DNA from: Sphaerodactylus townsendi
Taxonomy: Eukaryota
Length of the DNA stretch: 64,000 nucleotides
Direction of reading: 5' to 3'
Assembly (NCBI RefSeq): GCF_021028975.2
Contig: NC_059428.1
Span: forward strand, 66,898,001-66,962,000
The position numbers and the translations under genes were made by a program. The notes under the pieces are model-generated. The model saw only the letters and a program-made list of their open reading frames with translations. It was not told the DNA's origin and did no database searches. Positions 35,270-46,200 of the stretch are shown piece by piece. Each line of letters begins with the position of its first letter. The stretch's first letter is position 1.

Positions 35270-35652
35270 TATCCACCAGTTCAGCTGCAAGGTGCCAGGC
35301 TGATCAGGGCTTTGAAAGCCCCCTTGATCCCACTCCCATGGGAGCCTATTTATCGCAGCCAGGCTGGTCATGGTTGTGAAAGCCCTTTCGTTCTTCCTCT
35401 CCTGGGAGACTATTTCCCCAAAGAGGGGAACCCAGGGGGCTTTCAGAGCCCCGACCAGCCTGGTGCCTTGCAGCCAGGCTGGTTGGGGCACTGAAAGCCT
35501 CAGCAAGGTGCCCGACTGATCAAGGCTCTGAAAGTACCATCACTTCCCCTCCCCTGGGGTGGTAGGATTCATTCAGTCAATTCGTGGAACTACAGAAAAA
35601 AGTAGCTACCAGTTCAGCCAAACTGGTGTGAACCAGATGAATTCCACCACTG
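35270..35652. mobile_element. hAT-like element right end with internal repeats
   Basis: 35560-35652 parallels 23667-23762 and ends gaattccaccactg. Upstream are repeats of 'ctgatcagggctttgaaagccc'. Confidence 0.55.
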
Positions 35653-37933
35653 GGAGGAGGTCCCTAGGGACTGGAAAAAGAAAAGACAGCACAGGGAGAG
35701 AACAGCTAAGAAAAGAAGATACAAGTTTGGCTAGGAAACTCTGTTACATGACATAGTGAGGCTGGTTCAGATTTCTACAAATTTCTAATTCACCATCTTA
35801 TTATTTAATAAAAGCCACAAATTATGTATAGATTTTCATCACTGATCACTAGCATTTCTTTGTTATTCACTGTTTCTTGAATTAGATACAAATATGCAAC
35901 TATTCTTATCATTTCAATGTATGAACATTTAAAATCAATCCACACAAAGGACCTAGTTCAGTGATCTGTGCATGTAATATCCCACCATAGGTATCACAAA
36001 ATCCCTTGTATCCAGCAGTTTGGCTTCTCTGTTTGGAATTTGGTTTAATCCTAGGATCCATTTGTACAACAGCAATACATGATACATGAGCACTGGTGCA
36101 AATCTATTAGAGCATGCAATACTATGGCTTTTATCACAAAAGAAAAGGGGGCAAAGCTCAGCCAAAAGTTAAGCACTTGTAAATCCCACGGGGTTCAGAG
36201 GGAAAGATTTAATCAAGTGCTTAATATGGGATGAAAAGTACTTCACAGTAGCCGATCATGATGATAAGGTACTTTTTTGTTTTACTCTGACACAGTATCT
36301 ACATGGTATTTACCATATAACTTATCGTATCTATGAAAGTTCAGAGTGGTTGCCTTGTAAAAATAAAATGCCATTAAAGAAATCCCAGACAACTCATAAC
36401 TTTTTCCTCCTTTGATGCCAACCAGCAAGTAGAAGTGCACAAAAATGTCAGGAGATAAAAAGAAGTCAACATAGCCCAAACAAGGAATAAATAGTGAGAA
36501 CATAAAGATGAAACTTAAAACACTGAACAAATTAATGTTATATCCTGATGAGCTCTAGTCTTCTTTACCCTCCATTCCCCAGAGGCTTCATTTTCCAGCT
36601 GGCTGAAAAATCACTTCAAGATGAAGAAATGAAGCAGAATGCAAGTGTACAGAGTAATTGGATGATACACTGAGACATCAGTAATTATTGTTGAGTGGGA
36701 TGTATCATTAGACTTTTAAAAGTGAAAGCTGTTTCGAAATTCTTCACAATGCCTGGGATGTACTGAAAGACGAACACATTAATTGAGAAGTAACTTTCCC
36801 CTTATCAGTGTTTTTAGTAGTGTTTTGCAATCAGGATGCACCATTTCAGGATGGCCATTTTAGGTCTGACTTTCAAGGCCTCACTGACTCTAATTTTTGC
36901 AATACTGTCTGGAAAAAGTATATAGGAATTCTGTATTGTGTACTCACTAAAAATTAGTCGTTTGGTTCACAATTTTTACAATGCTGCTTCTTAAGACAAA
37001 TATTGAAATAGTTTATAGAAATCAGTAATGTTTTTTTAATCTTCAACAATTATTTGTACGTTTGTATTTAAAACATTTTAATGACACCTTTCTACCCAGC
37101 TTAAGATCCCCCAAGGCAGATAACATCAAAAATATTAAAACAAACTTTTAAGATACATGATATAAAAACTATTAGAAACAACAATTAAAATAGATACAGT
37201 CTCAATCAATACCAAGAATAGGTGGGAGAGGGAGTATTTAAACCCCGGATTAAGTAGGGACCCTGGTCCAAACAATTGTCATTTCATTGAACCAATACCC
37301 AACAAGCCCAGACTGGGACCCTGATCTCTGTGCTATTCTGAGGCCAGACCCAAATTCTAGCTGCTATATAGCTCCTTGCTCCCAAGGAGTCTGTAGTCAG
37401 CCTTAAGACCCTCTGGAGCCAGAATACCACCAGGTATGATGCCTATACCTTAGCTTATTCAATTTTGTCTGACTGCAGGTTCTCAGTACTCTATATAATT
37501 CCAAGTGCCCCTTGACATTTTAGAGTATTTTTTTCAGATGGGGGGAAAGCAAAAGAAAGAAACAGGAACTCAACTTGTGGTATACACATGGAAGCTTTAT
37601 ACATGACCTAATGGATGTCAACCATCATTTTTATATACTCAGAGTCTGAAGGAACAGTAGCCCAGCAACATCCTGCATTTTTTCACTTATTTTGTTTAAA
37701 AAAATTAAAAACAGAAGATAATACTCTTAATGGTAATCCTTTTGTGTAAGAATCCAATTTACCAATGTAAATAAGACACAAACTCAAAGTTCTAATGGAC
37801 CATCCTATAATGAGCTGCTAGATCCAAAACCATTCCGGAAGCCAAGTTAAGTCCACACAGGAATTAGACCCACTTCAGCTCATCTTCGTTATTGATTCTT
37901 GTGCGGACTTGAGTTGATATCTGAAATGGCCAT

Positions 37934-38112
37934 CAGAGGTGAAGCTACAAGACGGCCAGGGGGTGCGCGTTGCACTGGGCGCACGCCTGGGGGTGGGGAC
38001 ATGAAAAAAATCAGGTTTGTGTTATTTGTATTTTTTAGTATTTTTTCAGTTTTTGGCCTGCAGGGGGTGCAGTTTTTAGGATAGCAGCACCAAAATTTCA
38101 GGGTATCTTTAG
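37934..38112. mobile_element. Truncated hAT-like element end
   Basis: cagaggtgaagctac...gggtgcgcgttgcactgggcgcacgcctggggg (reverse complement of 19720-19776) joined to the 2860-type internal repeat. Confidence 0.65.
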
Positions 38113-39043
38113 GAGCAGGCTGGTTTAATAGCAGGCTGGTTTAAGCTAGATGTAACAACATCTGTTAATCAACAGCTGGCCAAGCCAGGTTTAGGATCTT
38201 ATCAGAGTTGTATTTGAAATTATTTATCTCATACAGCCCAGCTCAAGCCTGATATGACTTATATATATAAACTAATATTTAATCTCTGTTCCTCCTCTTT
38301 TCTAGAGTGTCCTCTGATTCCTGCAGCTGTTGCTTGGTTTTCAAAGCATTATATTCTATTAATAGATCTAATTTTCCCCATGGCAACACTTGTTGATACT
38401 TAAAACCAGAGACTGTAGCCATGAACAGGCAAGACAGATATTTCTACAAACCTGAAAAAAGCCCCAGATTTTCAGAAAAAATCTAAAAGAAAAATGCATT
38501 GGGAGGGGGATTCATTCTCTCAAAATAATAGTAGCAGTACCTGTACCTTTAAGAAATGGATGCTCTCTGCAATCTCAGTAGCTATTGTCGGGATTGATAG
38601 GCAAGGACAACAGTATTGCCAGCCTTAACACCTTAATTTCTATCTGTAAAAGGCAAGGGGAGGGTTCCTTCCAGGGCTATTCTGGCTTCCCAGTCCACTC
38701 CTTCCCTCCCTCCTGTGCTGGAGGGAGGATTCATCATGGAAAACCCTAGCAGCAACCACTAGGCAACTTACTAACATGCAGCTTGCACAACTCACCCAGG
38801 AGGGGCATTGGCTACACCTTGATGCCACACAACTCACCTGGGATCAAAAGCAGGTTTCATACAACATGGCTGAGGATGACAGTGGTCACCACACAACTTA
38901 TCTAAGCAGGTAACTACCATGTGACTTTTACAACTTTACCATACTTGGCCAAGAAAGAGGCTGCAAGGAAAAGGGAGGAAAGAAGGGAAAGCTTAGAATC
39001 AATGTGGGACAGGGGTTAGAACTGAAGGCTGGTGGAAGCACAT

Positions 39044-39748
39044 GGGACCGCTCCACACAGCCTAAATAAGACATCCTGTGGATGCTAAAAAAGACATCCT
39101 GAGAAAGCACTCCACACAGCTTTCTTCGCAAGACATCCTCAGGACACCTTATTTTAGCTCAAGGTGTCATTTTTGGAAAACATTCGAAGTATACCTTTTT
39201 CCCTAAGCCACCTGCAAGACATCTCCTGCTTGGCTGTGCAGAATTCAGAGCTCAGGAGGCATCTTATTCTTCGCGCAAGACCATTTTGCTCTCTGGTCAG
39301 TTTCACCCTCAGCCTGCACCCAACATCTTGTGTGTAGCTGAAGGGATTCTTCCTGCTGCCATTTGCTGAAGGATGTTTGCTCTGCAGAACGTTTGCTCTG
39401 CAGGCTCCAATCCTGGGCTCCTTTCCACCCAAAAAGTACATAGTTGCACTCAGCTGGTTCTGTCAATTCTGTCAATATATAGTTTTTTATTTTGGAGAGC
39501 TATCTTCGAAGATATGCAGATGCACATAAGAGAATTTTAGCCGCTTGGAGGACTTCCTTTGAAAAGCATTGGGACCACAGAGGACAGGTCTGCCACCCAT
39601 TGAGAAGTGGCTAAGATTCTCTTATGCATGTCTTCGAAGATAACTCCTCCAAAAAAAAAGTCAGTCACAAGCTGAGGGTGAAACTGACTGGAGAGCAAAA
39701 CAGTCAGTCAGGAAACAGACTTCTTTTTTGTTCTGTGTGGAACAGACC
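39044..39748. mobile_element. Fold-back Harbinger-like element
   Basis: Ends ggaccgctccacacag and ctgtgtggaacagacc. Nested inverted segments at 39284-39313/39672-39700 and 39496-39536/39615-39648. Confidence 0.55.
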
Positions 39749-39751
39749 ATA

Positions 39752-40261
39752 GGTATTTTCCCCACAGACAAAATATCCTGGGATAGACCCGGGATCATAT
39801 ATCCCAGGGTGCTTTTATCCCTGTATCTCTCTTCGCATGGTTGCCCATCAGCGCGTTCAGACTGGGAGGAAGAACTCCAGTGAATTATGCATGAGTCCCT
39901 GGTTTATTTTAATTTTCTACATGAATGTTTACATTTACGTCATTTACATAGTTTGTGTACATTTACGTAGTTTATGTAGGTTCTGTTTTTCCAACATTCT
40001 GATTGGCTGCAGCTAAGGGGCAGGTAGAGTAGGCAGTGATGCTGGAAAAATAAACCGGCCCGTCTCTCATGGTATTTGAATGGGCATGGGATCAGCGAGC
40101 ACTTTTTTGAAAAGAACCACAATTTTATCATTTTTTGAAAGCCAAGGGATAAGGCAAATCTTGCAGGGCCGATTTAGGCATGGAAACCTTGCGGAAATCA
40201 TGCCCAAACTGGTATGGTTCACTTCCTTATCCCTGGATATATTGGCCATGGGGAAAACACC
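39752..40261. mobile_element. PIF/Harbinger-like non-autonomous element
   Basis: TIRs GGTATTTTCCCCA and TGGGGAAAACACC. TSD ATA at 39749-39751 and 40262-40264. Interior resembles 33075-33903. Confidence 0.75.
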
Positions 40262-40772
40262 ATAGATAGGTTGGTGAGTGGGAAAGAAAAAGGAGCAGGG
40301 AAGCAAGAAAGAATGTGGGGGTTGCCAAGAGGAGAGAAAAAAGATATAGTGTGGGGACAAGGGTACAGGGGGAAATGAAATGATCCTCCCAAGTCCTTAT
40401 GGGTTCCCCACTTATTCTATGCTAAACACACAGGGATAATTCTAAATAATTGTCTCATAACAAATGTAACCATTAAAAGATTGAGCGGTACTATAATCAC
40501 AGAAAATCTGCCCATCAAGATTTTGTCTCACCTAACATTTGATTATTTCCTCACTGGTGCTTCTGAGGGAAATACTGATAGGTCAAATAAAGATAAATTA
40601 GCCATAAAAATCCTAAAATGTGTGAGGGAGGTCCCCTACAGGCAAAAACATCAGGGCAATTTCAAATCAAACCAAAAGAATTTAGGTTAGACTTTCATAA
40701 TGTCTATATATGTTACGTCAACATTAGCCCAAAGAAGCCATAGGTTACCAGTCTTTAGCCTTCAGCATGATT

Positions 40773-40957
40773 CCTGACCTGGATAGCCTTAGGCTCAGAA
40801 GCTAAGCAGGGATGGCCCTGGTTAGTATTTGGATGGGCAGCCTCGAAGGAATACCAGGGCTGTTACACAAAGGTAGGTAATGGCAAACCACCTCTTAATG
40901 TTTCTTGCCTTGAAAACCCTAAAGGTTACCAACAGCCAGCTGTTACTTGAATACACA
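40773..40957 (+). mobile_element. 5S rRNA-derived SINE with RTE/BovB-type tail
   Basis: 'ctcagaagctaagcagggatggccctggttagtatttggatggg...ggaataccagggctgt' aligns to the 3' part of vertebrate 5S rRNA. It is followed by 'aatggcaaaccacctc..cttgccttgaaaaccc'. Confidence 0.8.
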
Positions 40958-41017
40958 AAATAAAATTCCAGTGCTACTTGATTACATCATTAAAATGTGA
41001 AGTACGGTTCCTCTATC

Positions 41018-41196
41018 CAGGTTGGGAGATTCCTGGAGATTTGGGGATGGAGTCTGTGGACGACCATGTGGAGTATAATGCCATACAGTCTACTCTCCAA
41101 AGAATTCATATTCTCCAGGGCAATTGGCCTCTGTAATCTGGAGATGAGTTGTAGTTCCAGGGGATCTCCAGGTCCCAACTAGAGCTGGCATTCCTA
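41018..41196 (-). mobile_element. hAT/Blackjack-like MITE ('tagggttgcc' family)
   Basis: 'cctggagatttgggg.tggag.ctg', 'ctccaaag', 'tctccagg' and 'ctggagat' are shared with 51852-52049 and 63825-64000. Confidence 0.65.
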
Positions 41197-42242
41197 ACAT
41201 AGCGTGAACGCACTAGTTTATACTACTTACTATAGGCATTAAATTAGTAAACTATTTAACAGAAATAAACTCAACTTTTCATTAAAATATTTCACACAAT
41301 GAAGCTGCTCTCAGCACAGCCGACTGAGTCAGCTAGCTCCACATACGTTATCGATTTAAAATTTCAACCTCCTGACAAATATAATTATAGAGATTGTATA
41401 ACACAATGGGTAAGCTATGTTCCCATGTGAATTCTGAAAAGGCAGCTTGTCTTCTTTTAGCTTGCAGTTTGACTAATCAGGCTTGGACCCTGAAACTGAT
41501 TACATGTACGGTGTGACCGTCACAGAGATACTACTCTGCAGTGGGTAAAGCTGATGGTACCTGAGTTCTAACCACAGAGTACTGATACAGTTTAGTTGCA
41601 TTTTAAGGGCTTTTATTCAGTTCCTTAAGCAGTGTGTGGCACAGTGGTTTCAATCTTCTATATGCGTACCATAAGAACACAATAGTGTTGCTCCACTATT
41701 GCCTGTAGGGTTGGCGGTTCGGCCCCTCCCCGAACGGCAATTCTGCCGAGATCAGCCAGTTCGGGGAGGGGCGGAGGGCCAAGAAGCCGAGCCCACCTCC
41801 TCTGCACTCAGTGCAAGATCCTAACGCCACTCGCTCGGATTACGGCCCTTCCCCTGCTGCTAAGCCCGAGTTTCAGCTGGGGGAAAATACCACCTGCAGC
41901 CCCGCTTCTGAGCCTTCGCAAAGGGCAGCTGGCGCCTGGCAGCCTCCACACTTTGCCTCCATGCTTTCTTCCACCATTGGGCGGATTGGCGGCAGCCGGA
42001 GCGCCGCCGCTGGGCGGGCGTGGCGGCGGCGGGGAGGAAACAGAGAAGCCACTCCACCCATCCCCGCAGTGGCGCTCTTAAACTGCTCTGCAGGTAACTC
42101 TCTTACTCCCCACCGCTTCCTTCCATCTGGAAGCGATCCCAGAGCGGGGAAGAATCTCCCTGAAGTTCAATGGATCCTGCAGGAATTCAATCCAAACCAA
42201 TCATGCATCCCATGCTCTTGTGGCACCGCAGTGGTGCGCAAT

Positions 42243-43830
42243 AAAGCAATCACACATCTGATGCTCGGCTCAACAGTGCCCTAAAAACATGGTCAAAAGC
42301 TACGGGATCCTCGCGGATCTTAATGCTTTTTTTCACTTGGTCACCCCAAAATCAATGTACCACATCATGGCACAAATCCTAGACACATGTCTGCACAAAA
42401 GCAATCACACATCTGATGCTTCATGGCTCAACAGTGCCCTCATAAACATGGCTTCAAAAAAAAGCATGGATCCTCATGCGATCTTAATGCTTTTTTCACT
42501 TGGTCACCCCAAAAATCACCACCACATCATGGCACAAATCCTTAGACACATGTCTGCAACAAAGCAATCACACATCCGGATGCTTCATGGCCCAACAACA
42601 GTGCCCCCCCCAAACATGGTCAAAAGCTATGGATCCTCACGGATCCTAATTCTTTTTTCTCACTTGGTCACCCCAAGTAAAATCACCACCACATCATGGC
42701 ACAAATCCTTAGACATTACGTTCGGGTAATAAAGCAATCACACATCCGATGCTTCATGGCCAACAGTGCCCCTCAAACATGGGTTTTCCAAAGCATGGAT
42801 CCCACGGATCCTAATTCTTTCACTTGGTCACCCCAAAATCACCACCACATCAAGCGGCACAAACTTAGGGCCTTTCCCCAACTCCCCGCCTTCCCTCTAT
42901 GCCACGCTGCCCTCAGCGCCCAAGAAAGGCATCCCAGGCGCACCGGCCATCATCCACGACTCCGCTTCTGCGCTGGGCCCTCAAAAGGCGCTATTATTAA
43001 GAAGGGGCCTTTCCCCTCATCTTTCATCGTAGAAGTTTTCCCGCGGCTACTTGAGGAGAGTAGCTGTTCCTCCTCCTCTCCCCACGGCAGGGGCTGCCAC
43101 AGCAAGAAAGCCGCCTTCGACGCCTGCCACGCTGTCAGCATCTCTCAGCGCGACGTGCATCCCAGGCTTCTTCTGAACGGCGCCTTTTGACTCGAACTCT
43201 TCTGCACAGAGCGCGGGGGGTCGTGGGGATGCTCTGGGCGCGCTGCTGGGATGCTGCTTACGCTGAGAGCAGCGCCAAGGCATAAGGGGATGGAAGGGAG
43301 TAGGGAAAGGCCCAAGAGCTTCTAGGGATGCTGGCGCGCTTCGAGGGGCGCAACAGCAGCAGCTTCGCAAGGCGGCTTGCTGTCGCCGCCCCTCTCAGTA
43401 GAGTGCCAACCCCTCGCTTTAAAGCAATCATACATCCGGATGCTTCATGGCCCAACAGTGCCCCTAAAACATGGTCAAAAAGCATGGATCCTCACGGATC
43501 CTAATGCTTTTTTTTCACTTGGTCACCCCCTAAAAAATCACCACCACACATCATGGCATTGCAGGTACTTAGACACATGTCTGCACTAAGCAATCATACA
43601 TCCAATGCTTCATGGCCCAATAGTGCCCCCCCAAAACCTGTTTAAAAAGCATGGATCCTCATGGATCCTAATGCTTTCTTCACTTGGTCACTCCCAAAAT
43701 CACTCACCACATCATGGCACAAGTCCTTTTGACTCAATCAACACACATCCCATGCTTCATGGGCCCAATAGTGCCCCCAAGCAAAACACGATGGTCAAAA
43801 AAAGCATGGATCCTCACAGATCCTAATCCT
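42243..43830. repeat. ~155-170-bp tandem repeat, ~7 units, interrupted at ~42865-43420
   Basis: The unit 'aaagcaatcacacatc..atgcttcatggcccaacagtgcccc...ggatcctcacggatcctaat...cacttggtcacccc' starts at about 42243, 42398, 42561, 42731, 43421, 43588 and 43734. Confidence 0.9.
42868..43313. mobile_element. PIF/Harbinger MITE nested in the tandem array
   Basis: TIRs GGGCCTTTCCC..ACTCCC and GGGAGT.GGGAAAGGCCC. TTA on the left; the right flank is not an exact TSD. Confidence 0.7.
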
Positions 43831-46052
43831 AATCCTTTGGCCCCCCTCAACCAAACTTGGGGATATGATCAGGAAAGTGTCCTGAAGATACCCTGAAATT
43901 TTAGTAAGTCACTTAACTTTTTAAAAAATTTTTGTGGAACCTCCATGTGCAATAGCACAGTTAATTCGAAAAAAACACACAAAATTTTAAAGTTAGTGAC
44001 ACCAAAAATTTCAGGGTAGCCTTCCAGGAGACCTCTCCTGATGATACTCCCTCAAGTTTGGTGAAGCTTTTAGCTGGACGGGGCCCTGTTATGCACTCCC
44101 AAAGGGGTACTCCTTTCCCCATTGTTTCCAATGGGAGCTAAGCAGATGGGGGCTACTCCTTTTGCGGGTCTATAACTTTGGCCCCCCTCAACCAAACTTC
44201 ACCAAACTTGGGCAGTATCATCAAGAGAGTCTCTTCATGATACCCAGAAATTGTGGTGCAGATAGGTCCAAAAATGAGCCTCCTGCAGGCACCCCCAGAA
44301 ATTTCCCATTGAGAAACATGGAGCAAATTCACAGAGAAATGAAGAATCTTCGGCACATTTCTAGGGTTGCCTGCAGGAGGCTCATTTTTGGACCTATCCG
44401 AACCAGAATTTCAGGGTATCATAGAGATACTGTCCTTATGGCACACCCCAAGTTTGGTGAAGTTTGGTTGAGGGGGGGGCAAAGTTATAGACCCTCAAAA
44501 GGGGTAGCCCCATCTGCTTAGCTCCCATTGGAAACAATGGGGGATAGGGGCACCCACTTTGAGGGTCCATAACTTTGGCCCCCCTCAACCAAACTTGAGG
44601 AGTATCATCAGGAGAGTCTCCTGGAGGTACCCTGAAATTTTGGTGCTGATACCTCTAAAAATGCGCCTCCTGCAGGCCAAAACGCAAAAAAAACACCAAA
44701 AAAATAAAAACGCATCCGAGAATCTCGGATGCTGCTGTAATTTCGGGTGGATCCGAGCCTGCGCAGGCTCGGATCTCGGGAGATCCGACCCCACACATCT
44801 GAAATGGGCCCGATCCCGAACCTGGGCCGAATTTTTTTCCAATCTCCTTTGTAGCTCTCTCTCTCTTTTTTTAAAAAAAGATTTGTTGTGGATTTTTTTC
44901 TGGAATTGCCACCTATATCAAAATGCCCCCCTACCTATTTTTAGGTGTACAGAAGCTTTTGGTGTTGTTATAGTTTTTTCTTTCAGTAATGCATGAGTAA
45001 CAACATTCAAGTCATTTTGATATATAGAAATGGGAATGTGAAAAGCAAACTATCAGCCCTTTCTTATTGAAAAGCTTTGATAGCCACTTATCCAGAGATG
45101 AGAACCAATTTATTAAGATGTTGCTTACTACTTTCTCTAAATTTTGCCTCCACTATAAACTTACATGAAGGTTCTTACATAAATAGTTTCCCAGCTAAAG
45201 TTTCATCTTAAAAATGAAAACTAAGTGTTGTACGTATTCCTTGCCAGCTTCATTCTGGGAAACGTTGCTGTTGCTGTGTGTGTGTTCCATACATGTGGGT
45301 GGAAAGGAACAATGCTTTAGAAACTGGCAGGAGAGCCAGGCACTGACAGGAATTTTTTGAGTGGACTCTTATGTTCTAAACCAGTCACCACACCCTAACA
45401 GAACATCTGTAATTCCCTATTCACCCTTACAATTTAACCCCTTTGGTTCAGGAAAGAATTCTCTCAGTCTTGCAGATGTTATATATGTATGATATGTGTA
45501 TGATAAATTCATTTTAAAGGCTTATGGGGGGCGGGATAAGCTGGAGGGTTTGGGGATCAATTCAGTACTTAGAAAGAATTCAAAACAGTTTAAGGCAGTA
45601 ATCCTGATCACACTTACTTGAGAATAACCCCAATAAACACAGTAGAAACGACTTCTGAGTAAACCTGTACTGTTTAAACCTAGAGGAATCTAGAAAATAT
45701 ATAATGTTATAATAAATGAATCTTATTTCAGTGTCTAAATATATTGTTAGAGAATGCAATAAAATTATTTTTGAAGTATTGATCAGTACATACACATTGT
45801 GGTTATTTACAAGCAGGATACCCTCAAGGATTTGCAGGGGGCATCTCATTTTTCTATCTTGAATATTTCTTCTATTCGTTCCATGAAAATGCCCAAAGTT
45901 TCATGCTTCCTTCACTCCTTTTCACCAACCCGCCAACCTACCTTTATTTGACTGTCTGTTTTTAGCTTTCTCTCCTTTCATTCCCTTGGCATTCTGTTTC
46001 TGGGATAGCCAGTTGTGTGGGATGGCCACCAGTTGGGCCCACTTGCTCAGCA

Positions 46053-46200
46053 TAAGAAGAAGAAGAAGAAGAAGAGTTGGATTTATATTCCCCCTTGCTC
46101 TCCTGTAAGGAGACTCAAAGGGGCTTACAAACTCCTTTTCCTTCCCCTCTCACAACAAACACCTTGTGAGGTATGTGTGGCTGAGAAAGCTCAGAAGAAT
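46053..46200 (-). mobile_element. tRNA/CORE SINE, 3' half with (AAG)n tail
   Basis: Reverse complement of about 59318-59456. Confidence 0.88.

Larger units (their letters stand above)
41706..44850. mobile_element. Composite CpG-rich DNA-transposon-like region with internal satellite and nested MITE
   Basis: Subterminal ttcgg/ccgaa repeats at both ends (41706-41770, 44710-44840), GC-rich interior, ~160-bp tandem array and inverted copies of the 2860-type repeat. TIR and TSD are weak. Confidence 0.55.

Noticed and set aside
40794-40864. 5S rRNA gene
   Set aside because: The 5' part is missing or diverged, there are many substitutions, no T-run terminator, and it is fused to a LINE-type tail. 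It is a SINE head.
41811-44996. ORFs of 100-165 aa
   Set aside because: Translations of tandem repeat units and MITE sequence with frequent frame changes.
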